Translations under genes and position numbers: made by a program | Notes under the pieces: model-generated | Seen by the model: only the letters and a program-made list of their open reading frames with translations | What the model was told of the DNA's origin: nothing | Database searches by the model: none | Source: an uncultured Candidatus Saccharibacteria bacterium | Lineage (GTDB): Bacteria > Patescibacteriota > Minisyncoccia > Phycocordibacterales > UBA1550 | Direction: 5' to 3' | DNA: 64,000 bases | Assembly: GCA_964642305.1 (NCBI GenBank) | Contig: CAZXOE010000004.1 | Span: forward strand, 7,894-71,893 | Shown here: positions 55,587 through 64,000 of the stretch, piece after piece | How positions within the stretch are numbered: the stretch's first letter is position 1 | Layout: the number at the start of each line of letters is the position of its first letter

Positions 55587-56505
55587 GATTTTTATTGCAG
55601 GCCACCGTGGGCTCGTTGGGTCTGCGATAGTGCGCGCGCTTCAAAAGGAAGGTTTTACAAACCTTATTCTCAGGACGCACAAAGAATTGGATCTCACGAA
55701 TCAACACGCCGTTTCAGAATTCTTTGCAAAGGAAAAACCAGAGTACGTCTTTCTTTCTGCTGCAAAGGTTGGTGGTATTATGGCAAACAAAAACTACCCC
55801 GCTGATTTTATTTATAATAATCTCACCATCCAAACAAATGTTATTCACGGCTCCTATGTACATGGGGTGAAGAAGCTGTTGTTCCTGGGGAGCTCATGCA
55901 TCTACCCAAAGCTTTGTCCTCAGCCAATAAAGGAAGAATATCTGCTAACAAGCGAGCTTGAGCCATCCAATAAAGCGTATGCTGTGGCAAAGATTACAGG
56001 AATCATTATGTGTCAATCATACAATGAGCAATATGACACAAACTTTATTTCATTGATGCCGACCAATCTCTATGGACCTAATGATAACTTTGATCTCGAA
56101 AACTCTCATGTGCTACCCGCAATGATTCGAAAATTTCATGAGGCGAAGGTGGCAGGGAGTCCTAGTGTTACCCTGTGGGGCACAGGAGGCGCTATGCGCG
56201 AGTTTCTCCACGTTGACGACCTTGCAGAGGCAAGCTTATTTTTAATGCAAAATTACAATGATTCCTCTATTATAAACGTTGGCACAGGAGAAGATGTAAC
56301 TATAAAAGAGCTCGCTGAAAAAATAAAGGAAGTTGTTAGGTATGAAGGAGAAATTGTTTGGGACACAACCAAACCTGATGGGACCCCCCGCAAACTCCTT
56401 GATGTTAGCAAGATTCATTCTCTTGGGTGGAAACATAAAATCGCGCTTAATAAAGGCATTGACTCAACATACGAATGGTTTAAGAATAATAGTAAAACAT
56501 CATGA
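55570..56505 (+). CDS. fcl: GDP-L-fucose synthase
   Basis: [14 protein letters not shown]...SAAKVGGI...[18 protein letters not shown]... Confidence 0.95.
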   Translation: MDKNSKIFIAGHRGLVGSAIVRALQKEGFTNLILRTHKELDLTNQHAVSEFFAKEKPEYVFLSAAKVGGIMANKNYPADFIYNNLTIQTNVIHGSYVHGVKKLLFLGSSCIYPKLCPQPIKEEYLLTSELEPSNKAYAVAKITGIIMCQSYNEQYDTNFISLMPTNLYGPNDNFDLENSHVLPAMIRKFHEAKVAGSPSVTLWGTGGAMREFLHVDDLAEASLFLMQNYNDSSIINVGTGEDVTIKELAEKIKEVVRYEGEIVWDTTKPDGTPRKLLDVSKIHSLGWKHKIALNKGIDSTYEWFKNNSKTS

Positions 56506-57200
56506 TTCCAAAAATTATTCATTATTGCTGGTTTGGCAAAAACCCAAAAAGCACTGAAATTCTTGAGTGTATTAAGAGTTGGAAAGAAACTTGTCCAGAT
56601 TTTGAGATTAAAGAGTGGAACGAAGACAATTTTCCTATTGAAAACTTCCCTTTTGCAAAGCGAATGTACGACGAAAAGAAATGGGCGTTTGTTGCGGATT
56701 ATGCGCGCCTACATATTCTAGAAGAACATGGTGGTTTCTATCTTGATACCGATATGCTTCTGCTTCAGTCACTTGAACCTCTTACCATGAATGCATGCGT
56801 GCTCGGCGAAGAGTCTCCGGGTATAATTAGCGCTGGTATGATTGGCGCCGAAGCGCACAATCAATTTATTTATGCATGCAAAAAATTCTACGATGAACAT
56901 CCGTCGGAAATCGTCACCATCCCCCGTGTTCTCACGCAGGCATTTAAAACATACCCAGACAGGTCAAACATAAAAATATATCCACCCAAAACTTTTTATC
57001 CTTTTGACAGCAACCACATCAAGGAATTTCATGGACAGGGTCTCGGCCCTGATGTTATAGGTGTGCATCTATGGCACTATTCTTGGGGCCATCCGCTCAA
57101 CAAATTCTTCAAAAAACTGGGAGTATATCGTTTCGGAAAAGAAGCGATGGAAATGCTCGGCATAAAAAAACTGCTAAAAAAGCTTTTTGGATTTGTTTAA
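56502..57200 (+). CDS. Glycosyltransferase with DXD sugar-binding region (GT32-like)
   Basis: [11 protein letters not shown]...[26 protein letters not shown] matches the Gly_transf_sug pattern. Confidence 0.7.
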   Translation: MIPKIIHYCWFGKNPKSTEILECIKSWKETCPDFEIKEWNEDNFPIENFPFAKRMYDEKKWAFVADYARLHILEEHGGFYLDTDMLLLQSLEPLTMNACVLGEESPGIISAGMIGAEAHNQFIYACKKFYDEHPSEIVTIPRVLTQAFKTYPDRSNIKIYPPKTFYPFDSNHIKEFHGQGLGPDVIGVHLWHYSWGHPLNKFFKKLGVYRFGKEAMEMLGIKKLLKKLFGFV

Positions 57201-57215
57201 GGTAATATTAACATC

Positions 57216-57986
57216 ATGAAATTCAGTATCATAACCCCAACATATAAAAGGAGCGACTTCCTCACCAGAGCAGTTGAGTCTGTTATTCATCAAACTTACA
57301 TTGACTGGGAAATGATTATTGTTAACGACTCCCCTGATGACTCCTCATACGACAGTTTTGAAAAGAGAATACGGGACTACAGAATAAAATATTTCAAAAA
57401 TAAGAACAATTTGGGAGTAAATTATTCTCGTAATTTTGCGCTGGATAGGATATCGCCTGATTCTGATTTTGTGATTTTTCTTGACGATGATGACTGGTTT
57501 GCAAATAATGCATTGGAAAATTTCGTTAGCTTGATTAGTGCTAATCGAAACGACAACTGGTTTGTAACAAATCGCGAGCTCAAAAGTGGAGGTCCATTAA
57601 CCTACGCGCCAGAAAACAATAAGCATTATTCCTACGCGCGGGACTACTTAATACTAAAAAATATTAAAGGCGACGCAACTCATTGCATAAAAACAGACTT
57701 AATAAAAAACATCAGGTTTGCAAAATCAATTAAACAGGGAGAGGAATGGTTTTTCTTTTACCAAATCGGCCTAAAAAGCAAGTTCTTTTATAGCAACCAC
57801 GATTCAACAATTACCGAAGGGTACAATCGAGTACACGGACTCAATTTCCGTAATAGAACGCGTAGCGAACAATTTAGAACATTAATAGAATTAGTTAAGA
57901 ATGGCTCTCAACTCAACTTAATATATCACCCGACATTTCTTATTTATCTTCTTGTAAGATTTGTCCGTATCCTTGTAAAATCATAA
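57216..57986 (+). CDS. Family-2 glycosyltransferase
   Basis: FSIITPTYKR...DDDD GT-A fold. Confidence 0.85.
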   Translation: MKFSIITPTYKRSDFLTRAVESVIHQTYIDWEMIIVNDSPDDSSYDSFEKRIRDYRIKYFKNKNNLGVNYSRNFALDRISPDSDFVIFLDDDDWFANNALENFVSLISANRNDNWFVTNRELKSGGPLTYAPENNKHYSYARDYLILKNIKGDATHCIKTDLIKNIRFAKSIKQGEEWFFFYQIGLKSKFFYSNHDSTITEGYNRVHGLNFRNRTRSEQFRTLIELVKNGSQLNLIYHPTFLIYLLVRFVRILVKS

Positions 57987-58045
57987 ATTAATATGACATA
58001 TCTACCTTTAAAAGTTCGTATCAAACCTTTATTAAAGAAACTATT

Positions 58046-58717
58046 ATGCAATTAAAAACATTCAATGAATTTCGGGAACAATTCCACGATTTCTATAATT
58101 CAATAAAAAGAGCTCATGAGGATACAAAAAAACAAAGCCATGGCGGGCATGGCATAGACCACGACATCACCGTGGCCATGCTTGCTGTAAAAATTTCAAC
58201 AAACGAACGCGTTGGCCAAAAAGCTTGGTGTACTGCAATGCTTCACTCAACAGATCGAGTTGTTGAAGCATCAGATGTTATGGACACAATGATTAAACAC
58301 GCATATCACTTAAAATCATTCTTTAATCAAAATGAAATAGACGAAATAGTAGAGTCAGCATTTCGCCACTCAGAGTTAAATCAGCTAAACCAAAGCGAAA
58401 CTCAAATCACATTGATGGATGCGGACAGGTTGGCTAATATGCAATCAGCTGTAATTATCCGTTCGGGACAATTCAGACCAGATATGCCAGTTTTTGATTT
58501 TAAATATCTAGAAGGTAAAGCAAACCCTCTATCAACATACGAGGATCCAAAAAGTGTTCTTGATGATCTACGAATAACAATAAGAAACTATATACCACAG
58601 CTAAGAAACAGTGAGGCAAAACGGTTAGGAGCTATATACGCCTCAAAACTTGATGTTTTCATTAACGACATAGAAGTTGATTACGAAGACCTTGGGCTAT
58701 TAAACATAGAAATATAA
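58046..58717 (+). CDS. HD-domain protein
   Basis: HGGHGIDHD...LHSTD metal-binding motifs. Confidence 0.55.
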   Translation: MQLKTFNEFREQFHDFYNSIKRAHEDTKKQSHGGHGIDHDITVAMLAVKISTNERVGQKAWCTAMLHSTDRVVEASDVMDTMIKHAYHLKSFFNQNEIDEIVESAFRHSELNQLNQSETQITLMDADRLANMQSAVIIRSGQFRPDMPVFDFKYLEGKANPLSTYEDPKSVLDDLRITIRNYIPQLRNSEAKRLGAIYASKLDVFINDIEVDYEDLGLLNIEI

Positions 58718-58722
58718 AGTAA

Positions 58723-59652
58723 CTAAATATTCATTTTATCGATTTCATGCTCTATCCCACTTAGAGAACTGAACTTTGGTGAATATCCAATTCTCTCGGC
58801 TTTTTTATTTTTTGAATAATATATATTTTTTGATAGATTATTTATGCTTTTTGGCGCCTTTTTGATCAAATATTTTAACCCATATTTTTTTTCTAAAAAA
58901 ACAAGGAGGTCGAATTTTGATATCGGCTTCAAACTATATACGTCAAAAAAATCATTGATCCTGCCTTTTTTTATTACTTTTTTTACAATAGAAAGCAAAT
59001 CATTTGGGCAAACATAATCCCTGATAATATTGTTATCATCTGTTTTAAAAATCTTTTTGTTTTTTATACAATCAACGACCTCTGACATCATAAATTTTGG
59101 ACTGACGTCTGAAAATCGACTAAAGAAAGCAAACACGCGCAGATCTACAATATTAAGGTCTGGTATTGCACGGTGCTTCGCCTCGGAGTTAATTTTTGCG
59201 ATAGCATAATATTCAGCTGGGCTAATATCGTTAATATTTATAGTTGCTCTAGTTTCACTATTTATCTCTTTATTAGAATTCCCATAATTTCCATATACGC
59301 CGCCACTACTTAAATTGATGTAAAGTGTTTTTGGGCTTTTCTCAAGATAGCCAATAATCATACTGTCCATTTCTTCGGTTACCTTAAACACCTCATATGG
59401 ATTTTCTTTTAATAAGGAGAGACTCTTAATGCCAGTGCAGTTTATTACTACATCATAATTATGTTTGTTGAATTCACTGATTACGCACGCCTTGATGCTG
59501 TCGTTTTTAATCTTATTTTTTATGAGTCCATTGATTTTACTCTTTGACCTAGAAAATAGAAACAAATGGAATTTTTCTTTATCATCAAAAAACTCCTGGA
59601 GTAACGACCTTCCGATGTATCCCGTCGCGCCAAGTAGAGCTATTTTTTTCAT
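58723..59652 (-). CDS. NAD-dependent epimerase/reductase (extended SDR)
   Basis: N-terminal LLGATGYIGRSL Rossmann motif. Confidence 0.8.
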   Translation of the reverse strand: MKKIALLGATGYIGRSLLQEFFDDKEKFHLFLFSRSKSKINGLIKNKIKNDSIKACVISEFNKHNYDVVINCTGIKSLSLLKENPYEVFKVTEEMDSMIIGYLEKSPKTLYINLSSGGVYGNYGNSNKEINSETRATININDISPAEYYAIAKINSEAKHRAIPDLNIVDLRVFAFFSRFSDVSPKFMMSEVVDCIKNKKIFKTDDNNIIRDYVCPNDLLSIVKKVIKKGRINDFFDVYSLKPISKFDLLVFLEKKYGLKYLIKKAPKSINNLSKNIYYSKNKKAERIGYSPKFSSLSGIEHEIDKMNI

Positions 59653-59702
59653 ATTAGGAGGCTGTTCGATTATTATATGACAATATGATTTATTTGAACA
59701 AA

Positions 59703-60341
59703 TTAATGTTTCTTTATAAAATATATAATTTCGTTAGGACTAACCGCAAGCAAATCGGGTTTTTCAGTCATGAGCAACTCAACTTTATGGAACCCCCACG
59801 ACACAGCCAGGGTAAGTATATTTAAATTTACCTTACTGGCTTCCTTGATGTCACCTGTTGTATCAGTAATAAAAAAAACTTCACCTTTCTTTTTACCCTG
59901 TAGCGCAGTTTGAAAAAACAAATTTTTGGGCTGACTATTCTGTCCAATTATTTTTGTAAAATAACTTTCTAATCCATAAGGCTCCAGGATTTTTATTATC
60001 AGCTCCCTGGGGGAAGAACTTACTATCCATAGCTCACCAAGACCACTTGCTTTCACAATTAGCTCTTTAGAAAAATCAAAAAACCTTACGTCTCGTGGCT
60101 GGTAATACTTAGGGAAGAGATCTGCCTTAATTTCAATAAGTTGCTGTTTTTGCTCCTCATTCAGACCCAACAAAACTGCCAAACGCTGATTAATGTGCCC
60201 TTCAAAACAAGACAGGTACTCACCCATGTTTAACGTTTTGTTTATCCTAGAGACTGCTTCCTTGTTCATCTTGAAGACAGTGTCAAGAGAATCCACTAAT
60301 ACCCCATCGAAATCAAAGATGATTACTTTGCTCATGTTCAA
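59703..60341 (-). CDS. HAD-superfamily hydrolase
   Basis: FDFDGVLVDS motif I and C-terminal Asp motifs. Confidence 0.8.
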   Translation of the reverse strand: MNMSKVIIFDFDGVLVDSLDTVFKMNKEAVSRINKTLNMGEYLSCFEGHINQRLAVLLGLNEEQKQQLIEIKADLFPKYYQPRDVRFFDFSKELIVKASGLGELWIVSSSPRELIIKILEPYGLESYFTKIIGQNSQPKNLFFQTALQGKKKGEVFFITDTTGDIKEASKVNLNILTLAVSWGFHKVELLMTEKPDLLAVSPNEIIYFIKKH

Positions 60342-60344
60342 AAC

Positions 60345-60878
60345 CTAAAATTCAGCTATTAAAGTTTTCATAAATTGACCTATATCACGTGGGTGACGAG
60401 AGGTAATGATATTGCCATCAATTACCACAGGCTGGTCTACATATTCTGCTCCCGCATTTTGAATATCATCCTTTATTCCAATATATCCTGTTGCCTTTTT
60501 ACCTTTAAGCAGCCCAGCTGAAATCAAAATCCATGGTCCATGACAAAAAGCGGCCACAATTTTCTTTTCTTTATGCATCTTTTGCACAAATTCCAAGACC
60601 TCTTTTATTTGACGGACACGGTCCGGGGCCTCAAAACCTCCAGGTAATAATACTAAGTCATAGTCCTCTGTGTTTAATTTTTTTGCATCAACCAACCTGC
60701 CGTAATATCTAACCATAAGCTCTAAAGGAAAGTTCATCCGCCCAACAACCAATTTTGCGTCCTTTGTGGCAATGTCCACACTAAAACCCTCCTCGTGTAA
60801 GCGCATAATTGGATACATAACCTCCTCATCTTCAAACGCCTCTGCGGTAATAATTACAACTCTTATATTTTTTTTCAT
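60345..60878 (-). CDS. DJ-1/PfpI family protein
   Basis: ...VAAFCHGPWIL... nucleophile elbow. Confidence 0.85.
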   Translation of the reverse strand: MKKNIRVVIITAEAFEDEEVMYPIMRLHEEGFSVDIATKDAKLVVGRMNFPLELMVRYYGRLVDAKKLNTEDYDLVLLPGGFEAPDRVRQIKEVLEFVQKMHKEKKIVAAFCHGPWILISAGLLKGKKATGYIGIKDDIQNAGAEYVDQPVVIDGNIITSRHPRDIGQFMKTLIAEF

Positions 60879-60925
60879 ATTTTAGTATCTTTATCTTATT
60901 AATTAGTGTCTTGAACCTACGGGGT

Positions 60926-62743
60926 TTATTCTTTCCATGGCTCAATAAACATATTGTCCAAAAATTCCTGACGATCTAAGAATGGGTACATATCCTCCAG
61001 TGGTTTACTAACCATCGTGCCATCTTCTAGTTTTTCAGAAAAAACTTTAGGCAAGAGTGGTTGGGTTGGCGCCATTTTGATATCGCAAATCACAGGTCCA
61101 TCGCAACTCAAGGTTTGGAGGATTTTTTTGTTAATATCGTCATGATTTTCCAATTTTACGTAAGAAAGAGCAAAGGTGTCTGCCACTTTTTCAAAAGAAG
61201 GAAAACTTACTCCCGAAGATGGATCCACTGCCACAAGATTACCACCGAAAAAGGAATTCTGGGTATTTTTAATTGCTAAATAACCATTATTATTAAGCAG
61301 GAAAATTTTTACAGGAATTTTGTAATGTGAAATAGTCTGCAATTCCTGAAGATTCAGCATGATGCTCCCCTCTCCTGTAATAAGTATTATACGTTTTTTG
61401 CCAGTTGCAAACCAGGCTCCAATCGCCGATGGCAAATCATAGCCCATGGAGGCACAGCCAATACTTGAATATAATCTCTGTCCTTTTTTGATTTTAAAGG
61501 ACTGCAGTGTGCAGGTAAAAGAAGTTCCAACCCCAGTCATAATAATATCTCCTTCTTCTAAAGTATCCGAAAGAACTTTGGTAAAATAATAAGAATTTAC
61601 ATAATCCTTTTCATTTTTATATTCTGGAAGAACTACTGGATATTTTTTCTTCCAATTTTGACAGCACTCAATCCACTCTTTTGATACTATTACTGACGAT
61701 GCCTGTTTATACATTTCTTCAATAAATACTTTTGCGTCTGCATTAATCGGCAAATCAGGAACAACTGTTTTTTTCTTTAATTCCTCAGAATCAATGTCCA
61801 CAACAACCTTCCTGGCCCCACGAGCAAATGCTATAAAAGCGTACCCAATGTTCCATAAGTGATGGCGAGCGCCGATACTAATTAGCAAATCTGCGTTTTG
61901 GATAGCAAAGTTACCAGCTCGGTCACCAAAAACTCCAGGCCGACCTATAAACAACGGGCTTTCTGAGGGGATTAGGTCGTGGGCCGACATGGAAGTAAGC
62001 ACCGGGATTTGCAGTTTTTCGGCAAGTTCCAAAAATTCCTTCTCAGCCTTTGCCAAATGAATACCTTTACCAGCAAAGATAACTGGTCGCTTTGCCTGCT
62101 TAATCCAGCTTACAAGGGTAGCTACTTGTGATTGTAAATTATTGCAATCTATCAAGGTAAACCCTTTTTCCTTTGCGTTAAATTCCCTAAGTTCACTCTC
62201 CTCAACCTCCATAGCTTGAATATCTGATGGTATGTCTAGCAAGACTGGTCCGGGTCGCCCATTTTTTGCTAAATAAAGAGCTTTCTGAAGATGATACTTA
62301 ATATCCGCAACGTTCAGTACGACTTCTGAATACTTAGTTATGGGTCGTGCTATGTCAGCAATATTAATTTCTTGCACGCCCAACTGCCTCAGGTGGGTTC
62401 CTGTTATCATATTGTCACGCTTAACTTGACCACAAATATAGAGTGTGGCTATGGAATCTGTCCAAGCACCCATAATGCCAGTCAGGGTATTGGTTGCCGC
62501 TGGACCTACTGTTGTAATACAGACACCAATATTACCACTCACCCTCCCGTAACTTTCAGCAGCCATCGCACATGCTTGCTCATGATGATTGCATACATAT
62601 TTCAACTTTGGGCTATTCGCAACAGAGTTAACAAGGTGCATATTAGCACCTCCAGGCATCAAAAAAACATGCTTAACACCAAGCGAAGCTATATAATCAA
62701 CTATAAAATCCGATGCTTTTATTTTCATAAAAAAATTAGCCAA
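60926..62743 (-). CDS. Thiamine-pyrophosphate enzyme, acetolactate-synthase-like (YerE-like candidate)
   Basis: N-terminal TPP-pyrimidine domain, central domain and a C-terminal TPP domain with GDGS. 605 aa. Confidence 0.8.
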   Translation of the reverse strand: MANFFMKIKASDFIVDYIASLGVKHVFLMPGGANMHLVNSVANSPKLKYVCNHHEQACAMAAESYGRVSGNIGVCITTVGPAATNTLTGIMGAWTDSIATLYICGQVKRDNMITGTHLRQLGVQEINIADIARPITKYSEVVLNVADIKYHLQKALYLAKNGRPGPVLLDIPSDIQAMEVEESELREFNAKEKGFTLIDCNNLQSQVATLVSWIKQAKRPVIFAGKGIHLAKAEKEFLELAEKLQIPVLTSMSAHDLIPSESPLFIGRPGVFGDRAGNFAIQNADLLISIGARHHLWNIGYAFIAFARGARKVVVDIDSEELKKKTVVPDLPINADAKVFIEEMYKQASSVIVSKEWIECCQNWKKKYPVVLPEYKNEKDYVNSYYFTKVLSDTLEEGDIIMTGVGTSFTCTLQSFKIKKGQRLYSSIGCASMGYDLPSAIGAWFATGKKRIILITGEGSIMLNLQELQTISHYKIPVKIFLLNNNGYLAIKNTQNSFFGGNLVAVDPSSGVSFPSFEKVADTFALSYVKLENHDDINKKILQTLSCDGPVICDIKMAPTQPLLPKVFSEKLEDGTMVSKPLEDMYPFLDRQEFLDNMFIEPWKE

Positions 62744-63500
62744 TGATTAAACTAATGAGACCTTCTTTGGGAATAAAACTCAGTTTAAAAGATTCGTGCA
62801 GATCTTTTGCTTCTATTATCTCACCAATATCTACTAATATTTGTCCTTCATTATTTATTAGTTTATAATTTAAGGGGCAAATTATTTTTTTATTTTCTTT
62901 GTCTAGTTTTTTATGTAACTGTCTGAGGGAGGTAAAATTGCAAATTTTTATAACTCTATCCTTAATCAACTTCTCAACTTCCTCAGCTTCATCTGACTCA
63001 TCATGAAAATCACAATAATGATAATTCTCAAGATTGCGTGAGATTGCCACCCCGCTTTCATACCCTAGGCTCTCTCTTCCGTATACATCTTTTAGGCGAA
63101 CCAAATCACTTTTATTTACAGGCGTTTCTATTTCCATAACAAATGATCCATGAGCGCACGCGGACCTTGTAGAGTGAAAAACACCGCGCTCAATTATTAT
63201 ACCATCCATACTCTTAAGCTTAAAAAGTGAATCTAGTGATGAAGTTTCAACTTGACCATCCAAAACCAAAAGGGACGTTTTCTTTTTAGGGTGGCAGTGA
63301 ATTGAAGTTTTTGCTTTATGCTTCAAATGCAATACCCACACAGCAACATCCTTATTTTCAAACATCAAATACTCGTAACCCCATGGCTTGTCCACTACCA
63401 CACACTTATAATCAACCTTTTCTTCTGGCTCAGCGACAGACGTGCGCTCCATGGACATATTAAAAAGGTCTAATTCATTGGGAAAAATTTTTTTAATCAT
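62736..63500 (-). CDS. Cupin-domain protein (type-II PMI-like cupin) with extra C-terminal domain
   Basis: VVVDKPWGYEYLMF...IHCHPKKKTSLLVLDG cupin motifs. Start taken at MIKKIF, 4 nt after the upstream stop. Confidence 0.6.
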   Translation of the reverse strand: MIKKIFPNELDLFNMSMERTSVAEPEEKVDYKCVVVDKPWGYEYLMFENKDVAVWVLHLKHKAKTSIHCHPKKKTSLLVLDGQVETSSLDSLFKLKSMDGIIIERGVFHSTRSACAHGSFVMEIETPVNKSDLVRLKDVYGRESLGYESGVAISRNLENYHYCDFHDESDEAEEVEKLIKDRVIKICNFTSLRQLHKKLDKENKKIICPLNYKLINNEGQILVDIGEIIEAKDLHESFKLSFIPKEGLISLIIG

Positions 63501-64000
63501 TGTTTTTTTTGAATAACCAAAATTCAGAATTTTCCGCAAAAGATTTGTTCAACCATTTACGATCCCTATCGTTATCAATGCATTGCCAAAAGCCGTTATG
63601 TTCAAATATGTTAATTTTATTATCCTTAACTAGGTTTTCAAAAACTTCATTTTCTAAAATACACTCATTATATGGAGTAAGGTAATCAAATATTTTATTT
63701 TTTAAAACCATAAAACCGCCATTTACTAATCCATTCTGGCTATGTAGCTTAGATATTCTTTTGTAACTAATTGGTTTACCCTCCTCCATAATAAACTCGC
63801 CGTATCTAAAAGGTGGGAATACGCCACTAACTGTTGCTATTCTGTTTTGTGTTTTATGAAAACTAACTAACTTTTCGATATCTATGTCTGCTAGGCAATC
63901 AGAATAGGCGAGCAAAAAATCCTCGGTATCTAAATATTTTTGGCATCTAAATAAACGAGCGCCTGTGCCACTTTCTTCTCCAGTCTCTACGAAAGTAATC
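63493..64000 (-). CDS. Glucose-1-phosphate cytidylyltransferase (RfbF/DdhA-like), 3' part; 5' end beyond window
   Basis: ...GGFMVL...HNGFWQCIDNDRDRKWLNKSF matches the RfbF C-terminus. The ORF stays open upstream to nt 64000. Confidence 0.75.
   Translation of the reverse strand, partial: ITFVETGEESGTGARLFRCQKYLDTEDFLLAYSDCLADIDIEKLVSFHKTQNRIATVSGVFPPFRYGEFIMEEGKPISYKRISKLHSQNGLVNGGFMVLKNKIFDYLTPYNECILENEVFENLVKDNKINIFEHNGFWQCIDNDRDRKWLNKSFAENSEFWLFKKNND

Overview
This 64-kb window reads like a small-genome bacterium with moderate-to-low GC. Several traits fit Patescibacteria/CPR-like biology (inference only): split transketolase, many DUF and small secreted or membrane proteins, and weak Shine-Dalgarno usage. 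Most genes lie on the minus strand and are housekeeping: valS (3' end), lepA, murJ, typA, rplY, fba, split tkt, rpe, rpiB, gap, gatB, obg, secA, murB, plus a PrsW-like protease, Hsp20, an FtsB-like protein and a bacterial RRM protein. I found four RNA genes the ORF track cannot see: tRNA-Phe(GAA), tRNA-Arg(CCT), tRNA-Gly(CCC) and a type-A RNase P RNA (rnpB, minus strand, about 15321-15692). The most unusual region is an AT-rich accessory island between tRNA-Arg and tRNA-Gly (about 3.2-9.9 kb). It holds a glutaredoxin-like gene; a pyroglutamyl-peptidase-like gene flanked by two ~95-nt direct repeats; a GIY-YIG nuclease plus a 483-aa protein ending in a PD-(D/E)xK-like motif; and a convergent restriction-modification module made of a small HTH controller (C) protein, a MutH/MvaI-BcnI-like endonuclease and a DNA methyltransferase. 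That methyltransferase is one continuous 621-aa ORF whose N-terminus is a complete LexA repressor (wHTH, Ala-Gly cleavage site, Ser/Lys S24 dyad). I know of no described precedent, and I rate it the most novel feature here. Other accessory features: a ~125-nt MITE-like element with 11-bp terminal inverted repeats sitting exactly at the start codons of rplY and gap; a HigB/HigA-like toxin-antitoxin pair inserted between the two halves of the split transketolase; a HicA/HicB-like pair; long perfect inverted repeats after lepA, around tRNA-Phe and upstream of murJ; a (GAT)10 microsatellite inside an acidic secreted protein; and a 3' glycan/sugar-nucleotide cluster (gmd, fcl, glycosyltransferases, a YerE-like TPP enzyme, the start of CDP-glucose synthase). 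No CRISPR array was seen.
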